Both the position numbers and the translations under genes were made by a program. DNA of 64,000 nt from Candidatus Woesearchaeota archaeon (GTDB taxonomy: Archaea > Nanobdellota > Nanobdellia > Woesearchaeales > ARS49), in the NCBI GenBank assembly GCA_016203225.1, contig JACQNC010000006.1, positions 72,552 to 136,551 on the forward strand. The letters run 5' to 3'. A model generated the notes under the pieces. The model had not been told where the DNA came from. It ran no database searches and saw only the letters and a program-made list of their open reading frames with translations. Position 1 is the stretch's first letter, and each line of letters opens with the position of its first letter. This document shows positions 7,312 to 15,119 of the stretch, one piece after another.

Positions 7312-8823
7312 TCAGGCTACTTTCACCGTCCCCTCGCTAGCGTCGATCGTCCCAAGATTCTTGTCAACAATAATGAACCCCGTCACGCGGTTCTTGCCGA
7401 GATGCTTCGACTTGTACAATGCACGGTCTGCTTCCTTCAGCATGAAGTCCGGCGACGCTGATGAATTCATGCACGTCACGCATCCGACGCTGATCGTCGT
7501 CTTCCTGTTCGGGAACTCTGTCGCGTCGACAGCGGCCCGAACGCGTTCGGAGACGGCCATCGCGTGCTCGGGCTTCGTCTCGGGAAGGATCACCACGAAC
7601 TCCTCGCCACCATAGCGGCAGCTCGTGTCGATCGTGCCGACGGCTTCGCGCAACACCTCTCCCAGCCGCGCCAACAGCTTGTCGCCTTCAGGGTGACCGT
7701 ACGTGTCGTTGTAGCTCTTGAAGTTGTCCACATCGAAGATGAGCAGGCTGGTGGGCCGCTTGAACTTCGCAGCTCTCGCGACCTCGTTCTTGAACGTCTC
7801 CGTGAAATAGTGCTTGTTGTAAAGTCCGGTGAGTTTGTCGGTCACGGCGGACTCCTGCGCCTGCTTGTACCGCGCTGCCGCAGTGAGTACCATCTCGACG
7901 CGCTTCGCCAGAGCGAGCGCGACCTCCTCGTACGCGCGCAGCTCAGATCCTATCTTGCCATACAGCACCAGCATTCCGCGCGCGACACCATCCCATAGTA
8001 TAGGCACCGCGAGCACGCTGTTCGCCAGTCCGTCAACGCGCGGCAATTGTCCGAGCAGGAAGTCCTTGCGCACGTCCTCGATGAACAACGGCGTCTTCGA
8101 GTTGCTCACGTGCGCCCACAATCCTTCCTCGAGAGCGGAACACGCCTGGTTCCGCGCCTCCAGGTAGGCGAAACGCGCCAAATCCGAACCGTGCCGGACG
8201 CTGCAGTCCTCGAGCTGGAAGGTCTTCATGCAGAAGTTCAGCGTGGTGTTCAAAATCTTGGGAACGTCGAACGTCGCGTTGAGCTGGTTCAAGTAATCGA
8301 AGAGCACGTTCAGTTGCTGTAATTCCTTCCTGTCCTGGCTTATCGCGCTCGCGATGCGCGGCAAGGTCATGGCGAACGTCTCTAGCAAGGCCTTGATCGT
8401 CGCCACCTGCGCTGCCGACTGCTGAGGCAAGTTCGGAGCCTCGTCCACGAGCTCGTCAGGCTCGAGCCCGATGAGCTTCGCTGCCTGCCCCGCGGCCTGG
8501 TCGAGTTGCTGCTCCGAGCGGATGCTCTCAACCACGAGCGCGCCGACCTTGCGGTCCTCGATTATGATGGGCGCCGTGATCGCGTACAGTCCCGCATGGC
8601 AGCTGTCCTGGTACACACCAACGGCATTGTCTGTCCAATCATGCCGGCACAATGTGCAGAACTGGCCACCTTTCTTCATCACGAGCGTGCAGAAGAACGG
8701 GAACTGGCCTGACTGGAATATGATTTTGCCCGTTAGATCCACAGTCACGACAGGCAATCCTATCGTCGCCGACAGCCTGTCCTGCACGAGCTGCCATGTC
8801 TCGGAGTCAACCAAATCCTGCAT
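7312..8823 (-). CDS. PocR-like sensor / GAF-like / GGDEF domain protein (putative diguanylate cyclase)
   Basis: The N-terminus has FPFFCTLVMKKGGQFCTLCRHDW (PocR-type Cys pattern). The C-terminus has LTGLYNKHYF, FDVDNFKSYND and CRYGGEEFVVIL (intact GGEEF). The position where RxxD is expected reads GTID. Confidence 0.8.
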   Translation of the reverse strand: MQDLVDSETWQLVQDRLSATIGLPVVTVDLTGKIIFQSGQFPFFCTLVMKKGGQFCTLCRHDWTDNAVGVYQDSCHAGLYAITAPIIIEDRKVGALVVESIRSEQQLDQAAGQAAKLIGLEPDELVDEAPNLPQQSAAQVATIKALLETFAMTLPRIASAISQDRKELQQLNVLFDYLNQLNATFDVPKILNTTLNFCMKTFQLEDCSVRHGSDLARFAYLEARNQACSALEEGLWAHVSNSKTPLFIEDVRKDFLLGQLPRVDGLANSVLAVPILWDGVARGMLVLYGKIGSELRAYEEVALALAKRVEMVLTAAARYKQAQESAVTDKLTGLYNKHYFTETFKNEVARAAKFKRPTSLLIFDVDNFKSYNDTYGHPEGDKLLARLGEVLREAVGTIDTSCRYGGEEFVVILPETKPEHAMAVSERVRAAVDATEFPNRKTTISVGCVTCMNSSASPDFMLKEADRALYKSKHLGKNRVTGFIIVDKNLGTIDASEGTVKVA

Positions 8824-8845
8824 GCGTTTGTCGCTTCGCAGGACG

Positions 8846-8853
8846 TTTAAAAG
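8846..8853 (-). promoter_or_regulatory. TATA-like box upstream of the GGDEF gene
   Basis: The minus strand reads cttttaaa, 23 nt upstream of the ATG at 8823, inside the 46-nt spacer after the DHH gene. Confidence 0.4.
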
Positions 8854-8869
8854 AATTTAGACAGTCGAG

Positions 8870-9988
8870 TTACAGTCCCGTGAACCCTTCGCGAAGCATC
8901 TTCATAACGCGGTCCTTGAACACCGGATAGTCCTCTGGCCGGCAGCTTCCGCCGGCCGCTGGGACGTGACCGCCGCCGACGGCATCCTTTAAGCCCTTGA
9001 ACCCTTCCTGCAACAGCCGGTTCACTGCGACGTGCTTGTCGCTGCACCGCGCCGAGATCGTCATGCGATCACTATCCACCGCGGACAACAGAACGATAAG
9101 GTGAGGATACTTCAATCCGAGGATCGTGCTGAGCGCGCTCTTGATCCTGTAGTGCGGCTGCACATGATAGAACACGAGCTTCAATTCCGGATGCCACTCG
9201 CCCTTTTGCTCGATCGCCTTCGTGAACGTCTGGATCTCGGCCTCGATCGCTTTATGGTATTTCTTCAGCGGCGAATGCAGCACCTCCTGCGGAGTCGCGC
9301 TCATGAAAACCGTGTCGAAAGCCTGGTCGATATTGTCGGAATTGAATGAGATGGTGTCATTTATGTAGATGCCGACTTTCCCCAGATCGGTCTTGAAGAA
9401 GTCCTTCTTGAGCGCGATATCGTACTTCTTGAACACGCCCTTGATGAAGTCCATCCATGGCTCTGTCGCGATGTCGGTGATGCTGCCTACGGTAGCCACC
9501 CAGTCGCGGTCAGTGAGATTGCAATGCCGCGAGAAAAGGTCGTACGCGAGCTTGCTCGTGCAGTATTTCGCGTAGTCCATGTCGGAGAGATAACGCTGAG
9601 GTTTCATCATGAGGATATTCTTGGCCTTGAACGTGCCGCAGATCGCGTGGTTGTCAATCTCGAGCACGTCCGCGAACGCCGCGAGCTTGTCTACGATGTG
9701 CGCGGTCTCCTCGATGGCGTTGTCGCATGTGATGACTTTCGTCACGCCCGCTCTCTTGAACTTCTTGACATGCTCCTCGGTGATGCCGTAGTTGGAGCGG
9801 TCGTTCGTGAGCCTGACCGTGAGCTGTTTTCCGTGGATGCGTTCGAGCGCGGTCGCGACGAGCGAGCCGGAGCACACGCCGTCTGGATCATCGTCATAGA
9901 ACAAGCCGACCTTATCCTGTGGCGTTATGCCTAGCACGAACCTGTCGAACTGCTCAAGCAGTTCCGGACTAACGACTCGCATCCCCAT
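8870..9988 (-). CDS. DHH/DHHA1 family phosphoesterase (RecJ/GAN- or NrnA-like)
   Basis: FYDDDPDGVCSG (DHH motif II), ITCDNA, EIDNH at the position of the DHH motif, and C-terminal GGGHVPAAG (DHHA1). Confidence 0.75.
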   Translation of the reverse strand: MGMRVVSPELLEQFDRFVLGITPQDKVGLFYDDDPDGVCSGSLVATALERIHGKQLTVRLTNDRSNYGITEEHVKKFKRAGVTKVITCDNAIEETAHIVDKLAAFADVLEIDNHAICGTFKAKNILMMKPQRYLSDMDYAKYCTSKLAYDLFSRHCNLTDRDWVATVGSITDIATEPWMDFIKGVFKKYDIALKKDFFKTDLGKVGIYINDTISFNSDNIDQAFDTVFMSATPQEVLHSPLKKYHKAIEAEIQTFTKAIEQKGEWHPELKLVFYHVQPHYRIKSALSTILGLKYPHLIVLLSAVDSDRMTISARCSDKHVAVNRLLQEGFKGLKDAVGGGHVPAAGGSCRPEDYPVFKDRVMKMLREGFTGL

Positions 9989-10491
9989 GCACCATATAGT
10001 AGAGCGCCTCTATAAAATGGCTCTTGTCATAAAGGAGTGCATAGGATAGGAGGAGAATAAAAGAAGGCGCGAAGCGTATCAAGAAGGAGCGTCGCGCCTT
10101 TGGGTTAGGGGGGTTGCTGAACATGATCATGAGGGGCGCGTATAGCCCGCGCGCCCCGGTGAGTGATGATATACTGGTGTGGTGCCAGCCGAACAGGATG
10201 TTCGGCGGCATCCCAAGAACGCCGTGCGTTCTCGTGGTGTGTTCTTGCACAACCAATATGTCAACGATTGTAAAAAAGCGAAAAATGGAATGAATGGGAG
10301 GGACAACGCATTTAGCTGAAGCACTCAGCGTTGGCCGACAACGGGTGGGATTGTGTGCGCTGCGTACCCGACCTCGTCGCCCGAATTGTTTGTTTCCATT
10401 CGCATCTCTCGCGTTTATCCCCCAAGTGTGCTTGAGGAACTAAGAGCTTATGAGCGCAACTTTAATATAGACTTAACGTACATACTGTCGT

Positions 10492-10516
10492 AAGAATACG
10501 TTTGATACGTATTCTT
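10492..10516. promoter_or_regulatory. perfect 10-bp inverted repeat (aagaatacgt-N5-acgtattctt) between the TATA box and the phoU-like start
   Basis: Read directly from the sequence. TATA-like tttaatata is at 10461-10469 and the ATG at 10533, so the repeat sits at the predicted transcription start or 5' UTR. Confidence 0.45.
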
Positions 10517-10532
10517 GAATAAAAACCGGTGA

Positions 10533-11474
10533 ATGATGCACGCGCGCAAACTCGTAAAAGCAGGCCCAAGCAGCCATACCGTCTCCCTGCCCAAGGAATG
10601 GCTCACAAAAAACCAGCTGACAAAGGGCAGCACAGTCTACATACTCGAACATGGCGCAGATCTGCGCATAACAGCAGACGTCAAGGACGCGCCGACAGCG
10701 GCACGCGAGAAGACAATCGAGATCGATAACAAGGACATCGAGACCATCGGCCGCGAGATTACGAGCGCCTACATCAACAATTACTCCAGCATCGTACTCG
10801 CAGGCAGTCTTACAACAGATAAAGTGAAGGATATCAGGCGCGTGCTGCGCGACTTCCCGGGACTCGAGATAGTCGAACAGACCGCGAAACGACTCGTCGC
10901 CAACGACCTCCTCAACATCAAGGAAGTCTCGATCGACAAGACCTTGCGCAGGATGGACATGACCGTGCGGAGCATGATGCAGGACAGCATCACCGCGTCA
11001 AAGGAGGCGTATGACGCGATCGTCCTGCGCGATTACGACATGAACCGAATGTACTTCCTCCTCTATCGTCTCCTCAAGGGCAGCTTGAAGGACCCGCGCA
11101 TGGCGCAGCACCTGCAATTGAGCAACGACGCCGTGCTCACGCACTGGCTGCTCGCGAACAACCTCGAGAACCTCGCCGACGCGATCAAGAACGCGTGCCG
11201 CGCGCTCCAGAGACTCTCTCCCGCGGAAGCAAAAGAAGCCAAGGAAAACTATGCCGCGATCGAAGCGCTATATCTGGACGCTATGAAGTCGCAGTTCACG
11301 AATGATCGAGCGCTCGCCGACAGTGTCGCGCAGCGCCGCCATGACGTCATCGGGAACGCGTCCAAGCTCGCGAGCAAGCACCACACGCCGACCATGACAG
11401 AATTACGAGAACAGTTCGAGACGATGGCGACGCTCATCACGAACGTCGCGCGCGGCGTGATAGACCGGGAATGA
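10533..11474 (+). CDS. AbrB/SpoVT-domain plus PhoU-like regulator
   Basis: The N-terminus KLVKAGPSSHTVSLPKEWL is a swapped-hairpin AbrB-type motif. It is followed by about 200 aa of helical PhoU-like repeats. GGTGA lies just upstream of the ATG. Confidence 0.7.
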   Translation: MMHARKLVKAGPSSHTVSLPKEWLTKNQLTKGSTVYILEHGADLRITADVKDAPTAAREKTIEIDNKDIETIGREITSAYINNYSSIVLAGSLTTDKVKDIRRVLRDFPGLEIVEQTAKRLVANDLLNIKEVSIDKTLRRMDMTVRSMMQDSITASKEAYDAIVLRDYDMNRMYFLLYRLLKGSLKDPRMAQHLQLSNDAVLTHWLLANNLENLADAIKNACRALQRLSPAEAKEAKENYAAIEALYLDAMKSQFTNDRALADSVAQRRHDVIGNASKLASKHHTPTMTELREQFETMATLITNVARGVIDRE

Positions 11475-11849
11475 TCACTTCTTCCGCTTCATCGCGGCAG
11501 GGATGTCTATCATGTATTTCCCTTCGGAGAGCTTGAATATCAACGGTTCCTGACTGAACAGCTTCACCAGGTCGAGCTCGTACTTGCCCGGCGCGAGCAT
11601 GCGGATGCTCTCGAAGTCCAGCACGACCGGATCCGAGCGCTGCAGTCCGAGCATGGAGTACACGTCCTGCTCCATCTGGAACTTCTGCTCCTTCGAGAGC
11701 AGCAACACCTCTTCCTGGTGTTTCTTGATAGCCTCGTAACGTTCCTGTCGGAGGAAAAAGAACATCTTGCCGCCGCACGCGCAACCGTTCAACAGTTCAG
11801 GGGCGGCGTCAGGGTAGAAGGTGCTGCACCGGACGCACTGATGCGGCAT
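11475..11849 (-). CDS. Zn-ribbon protein (OapC-like)
   Basis: 124 aa with CVRC...CACGG four-Cys ribbon at the N-terminus. It is the last gene of the GTPase/DUF2073/Zn-ribbon triad. Confidence 0.65.
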   Translation of the reverse strand: MPHQCVRCSTFYPDAAPELLNGCACGGKMFFFLRQERYEAIKKHQEEVLLLSKEQKFQMEQDVYSMLGLQRSDPVVLDFESIRMLAPGKYELDLVKLFSQEPLIFKLSEGKYMIDIPAAMKRKK

Positions 11850-11851
11850 AC

Positions 11852-12220
11852 CTATTTCCGCCGCTTCTTACCCTCGTTGGTAAGGAGCTCGATCTTGTGC
11901 GGATCCTTCTTGATCTTCTTCACTACGCTCGCAGGACCGACGACCGTCAAACCGGCGCGATTGCCCAGCACGAAACTCGCGACTCCGTCGAACAACCCGC
12001 CGCCCTGCATCGGATTGATCACAGCCAGTTCGATGCCGCGGAATTCCTTGTTGATCTCCTCCATCGTCGCCTTGATGAGCTCTGTCTCCTCCTCTTTCTG
12101 GAGCCTACCTTGGAGGAGCACGATCTTGTTCTGCTTTGCGATGTTCAGGATCTTCCTGATGCGGCCGATGCTGCTCAACGACGAGATCTCGGAGTAAGGG
12201 AGGAGTTGGATCGTGACCAT
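11852..12220 (-). CDS. DUF2073-like protein (OapB-like)
   Basis: 122 aa, 2-3 nt from both neighbours. Position and size match the middle gene of the conserved archaeal triad. The family assignment is from memory, not a search. Confidence 0.55.
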   Translation of the reverse strand: MVTIQLLPYSEISSLSSIGRIRKILNIAKQNKIVLLQGRLQKEEETELIKATMEEINKEFRGIELAVINPMQGGGLFDGVASFVLGNRAGLTVVGPASVVKKIKKDPHKIELLTNEGKKRRK

Positions 12221-12223
12221 GTT

Positions 12224-12853
12224 TCACCTCTTGGCCAGCTTGAACAGCGTCTCGTAGAAGTCATCCATGTTCTTGCCAGTCCTGGCGGAGATGCCGACGA
12301 TGTCATACTGCGGGAACGCCGCCTCGACGCGCTTCATCTTCGCGCGGCGCAGGTCGATCTTGTTGGCGACGACAACGACGGGGATGTCGCGCGCCTGCAG
12401 GTTCCCCAGGATCGTCACGTTGACCTGGCTGAACGGGTCCTGCGTCGCATCGAGCACCACACACACCGTATCCACCTCATCGAGCCACTTGATGGCCTCG
12501 ATCACTCCTTTCGTGGCCTCGCGGGCGCGCTTCTTGGCGGACTTCTCTGTCATGCCATGCTTGAGGAAATCCTCATAATCTATGCGCGTCGCGATGCCTG
12601 GCGTGTCGACGAGGTTGAACTGCAGTTCCTTGCCGTCCTTGCTCTTGATGACGACGCTCTCCTTCTGCTGGATCTCGCGCGTCTCGTGCGGGATCGGAGA
12701 CACGGTTCCGAGATCCTGGTCGAGCCAGTCCTTGCATATCCTGTTCGCGAGCGTGGTCTTGCCAGAGTTAGGCGGGCCGTACAAACCGAGCTTGAAGTTC
12801 TTGCGTACCCCCCAGAAGTTGAACGAGAACAGGTTCTTCAGCCACTTCAGCAT
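12224..12853 (-). CDS. small P-loop GTPase (OapA-like)
   Basis: G1 GPPNSGKTT, G3 DTPG, G4 NKID; 209 aa. Confidence 0.8.
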   Translation of the reverse strand: MLKWLKNLFSFNFWGVRKNFKLGLYGPPNSGKTTLANRICKDWLDQDLGTVSPIPHETREIQQKESVVIKSKDGKELQFNLVDTPGIATRIDYEDFLKHGMTEKSAKKRAREATKGVIEAIKWLDEVDTVCVVLDATQDPFSQVNVTILGNLQARDIPVVVVANKIDLRRAKMKRVEAAFPQYDIVGISARTGKNMDDFYETLFKLAKR

Positions 12854-12963
12854 CGCATCACCGCTTTACCCACGAGGAGACGCCCTCGGCTGCTCTTTTA
12901 ATAGTTTTCTGTTGTACACTGACATGAGAGAAGAAACGGAAAAAAAGAGAGAAAATGGGATGA

Positions 12964-13191
12964 TTACGCGCGAGCCATCTTTGCGCGCGAGATATCGCCG
13001 CTCTTGTCGATGAAGTAGAGGTATCCGACCTGCTTCTTCACGCCGACCTTTGCGACCTTCTCGGGCTTGCCCTTCGCGCCCTTCTTGCGGCCACGGGCCA
13101 TCTTTGCACGCGAGACGTCTCCGCTCTTGTCAACGAAATACAAGAAGCCTCCCTGTTTCTTAACGCCAACTTTCGCAACCTTTTCTGCCAT
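12964..13191 (-). CDS. small basic protein with an internal duplication
   Basis: Trimmed to MAEKVAKVG (GGAGGGTG lies 5 nt upstream). Two near-identical 30-aa units read EKVAKVGVKKQ-G-[FY]LYF[VI]DKSGD[VI]SRAKMAR. Confidence 0.6.
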   Translation of the reverse strand: MAEKVAKVGVKKQGGFLYFVDKSGDVSRAKMARGRKKGAKGKPEKVAKVGVKKQVGYLYFIDKSGDISRAKMARA

Positions 13192-13318
13192 GCAGCACCC
13201 TCCTTTTTCGGTGTCTTTTCGAAGATCGGGAAAAACCCTGTTCCCCCATTCCGTCGAGAAATCGAGGTTGTTTATAAAACTTTCGAAGGGGCGTTTTCCG
13301 GCCACCGACGGGAAAACG

Positions 13319-13525
13319 TCACTTGCGGCGCTTCGCGGCAGGCTTTTTCCGTCGTGGCTTCGCGTCACGCGTGAACCATGCGCGCTTCAGCAACCGTGAC
13401 GCGGATGTCGCATTCTCCATGTCTTTCGAGTACTGCCGCGCGAGCTGCTCATCTGTGCCGATATCCTGCTCCTCGAGACGTTTCGCGTCCGCGAGCGCCT
13501 TGTCGACGACCTCTTTTTTCGGCAT
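13319..13525 (-). CDS. small hypothetical protein with a Lys/Arg-rich tail
   Basis: Trimmed to MPKKEVVDKAL. A TATA-like box at 13545-13557 lies about 25 nt upstream. The C-terminus is KPRRKKPAAKRRK. Confidence 0.45.
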   Translation of the reverse strand: MPKKEVVDKALADAKRLEEQDIGTDEQLARQYSKDMENATSASRLLKRAWFTRDAKPRRKKPAAKRRK

Positions 13526-13610
13526 ACGCGCTTCGTCGTTTGCGCGATATAAAAGACTTATGGTGTGCACTGGCTAAAATCTTAAATAACGCGCGTCCGA
13601 CGGGAAAACC

Positions 13611-15119
13611 ATGACCAAGGGGATGGTGGTATCAGGCGGATTCGGCGGAATCCTCGTCCGCGAGAAGGCAGACGCCGCGCTCGAGCTCGGCGAACTCCTA
13701 ATCGCGTCGACGCCGGACGGAACCATCGTGCTGCACGTGTTCGACCTCGTGTATGGCTCGCAATTGAGCCAACAACACCTCGAACTCATCTCGGGCCTCA
13801 AGCTCGAAGAGGACGAATCCTTGAACCTTATGGACCCGCACCTGCGCACGTACGTCCTTGCGAAAGCGAAAGGGCTCGTGCGTGTCACGGGAAACACGGC
13901 CGTCGCGTGCAAGAGCCTGCCGTCGATGTTCGCGAGCGTCCGCGAGATCAAACCCGAGGACATCACGTTCCTCACCAAGCCAGCCACGCCCTTGTTCGTC
14001 GGCAGACTCCGTTCGGGAAGCAAGGTCCTCGACGTCCCCATCTTCCTGCCCGGCAAAGACGTCCTGAGCCATCACATCCTGATCTCCGCCACGACAGGGA
14101 AGGGCAAGAGCAATCTCGCGTATTGCATGCTCTGGGACCTGTGCGGCAGGGACTACGCTGGAGTGCTCGTGCTCGACCCGCATGACGAGTATTACGGCAG
14201 GAACCGGCCAGGCCTGAAAGACCACGCGGACAGAGAAAAGGTGGTCTATTATTCCCCTGACCCTATGCCCGGCGGGCGCTCGCTCAAGCTCAACCTCGAT
14301 CTCATCCAGCCGCACCACTTCGACGGCGTCGTGCCGTGGAGCGACGCGCAACGCGAATGCCTCATGGCATACTGGAAACGCCACCAGACCGCGTGGATCC
14401 CGCAACTGCTCCTAGGCGACGTGCTGCCGGGATTCATGGACGGGACGATCGCTGTTGTCCGCAGACGGCTGCAGCAACTGCTCGACATCCAATCCCGGGA
14501 CGGCGAACTCGTCGCGAGCGGCGTGTTCGACCTGCACGCGGGCAAGACGACAGTCGCAGACATCGCCAAGGACCTCGAGCAGGCGAGGATCGTCATCATC
14601 GACACTAGCTCATTCTCAGGCCAGGCAGAACTCCTGATAGGCAGCGTCATCGCGACCGAGACTTTGCATCGCGCGAAGCACGCGAAGCAGGATGGCACGC
14701 TGAAGGAAAAGCCAGTCATAAGCATCGTGCTCGAGGAGGCTCCGAGAGTGCTCGGCAAGGACGTGCTCGAGCGCGGCAGCAACGTCTTCAGCACCATCGC
14801 GCGCGAAGGCAGGAAGTTCAAGGTCGGACTCGTCGCCATCACGCAGCTACCGTCGCTCATCCCGCGCGACATCCTGGCCAACATCAACACCAAGATCATC
14901 CTCGGCACCGAGATGAAACCCGAACGCCAGGCGCTAATCGAGAGCGCGGCTCAGGACCTCTCCGACGACGACCGCACAATCGCGAGCCTCGACAAAGGCG
15001 AGGCGCTCATCACGAGCACGTTCGCCACGTTCGCGACGCCGATCAAGATCCCGTTGTTCGAGGAGATCATAAAGCCAGCCACAAAGACGGCGAAGAAGGA
15101 CTTCGGCGGGATGACATGA
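13611..15119 (+). CDS. herA: HerA-type (DUF87) hexameric ATPase/helicase
   Basis: N-terminal barrel-like region, Walker [10 protein letters not shown], Walker [11 protein letters not shown], and an ATGA overlap with mre11. Confidence 0.8.
   Translation: MTKGMVVSGGFGGILVREKADAALELGELLIASTPDGTIVLHVFDLVYGSQLSQQHLELISGLKLEEDESLNLMDPHLRTYVLAKAKGLVRVTGNTAVACKSLPSMFASVREIKPEDITFLTKPATPLFVGRLRSGSKVLDVPIFLPGKDVLSHHILISATTGKGKSNLAYCMLWDLCGRDYAGVLVLDPHDEYYGRNRPGLKDHADREKVVYYSPDPMPGGRSLKLNLDLIQPHHFDGVVPWSDAQRECLMAYWKRHQTAWIPQLLLGDVLPGFMDGTIAVVRRRLQQLLDIQSRDGELVASGVFDLHAGKTTVADIAKDLEQARIVIIDTSSFSGQAELLIGSVIATETLHRAKHAKQDGTLKEKPVISIVLEEAPRVLGKDVLERGSNVFSTIAREGRKFKVGLVAITQLPSLIPRDILANINTKIILGTEMKPERQALIESAAQDLSDDDRTIASLDKGEALITSTFATFATPIKIPLFEEIIKPATKTAKKDFGGMT

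Noticed and set aside
9989-10532. SRP RNA or RNase P RNA hidden in the long spacer
   Set aside because: I looked on both strands for the SRP helix-8 signature (GGAA-type tetraloop with flanking AGCA/GGUC-type loops) and for the RNase P CR-I/CR-IV/CR-V strings (GGAAAGUCC, ACAGAA..GGCUUA). I found neither. The hairpins alone do not identify a family, so the region is kept only as an unclassified candidate.
11897-12901. 334-aa plus-strand ORF across the oap-like operon. Similar long antisense ORFs are at 13698..14405, 33648..34424, 43710..44474, 49964..50851 and 51793..52854.
   Set aside because: All lie opposite genes with clear motifs (GTPase, HerA, ValRS, GT2, RadA, RPA). They show the same Arg/Asp/Leu/His-rich antisense composition, and none has a promoter or SD context.
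9989-13610. Replication origin next to the oap-like operon
   Set aside because: There is no orc1/cdc6 gene in the window, and I could not find repeated origin-recognition-box-like elements flanking an AT-rich unwinding region. The only G-string (10106-10113) is single-copy. This cannot be excluded without a GC-skew analysis of the whole contig.
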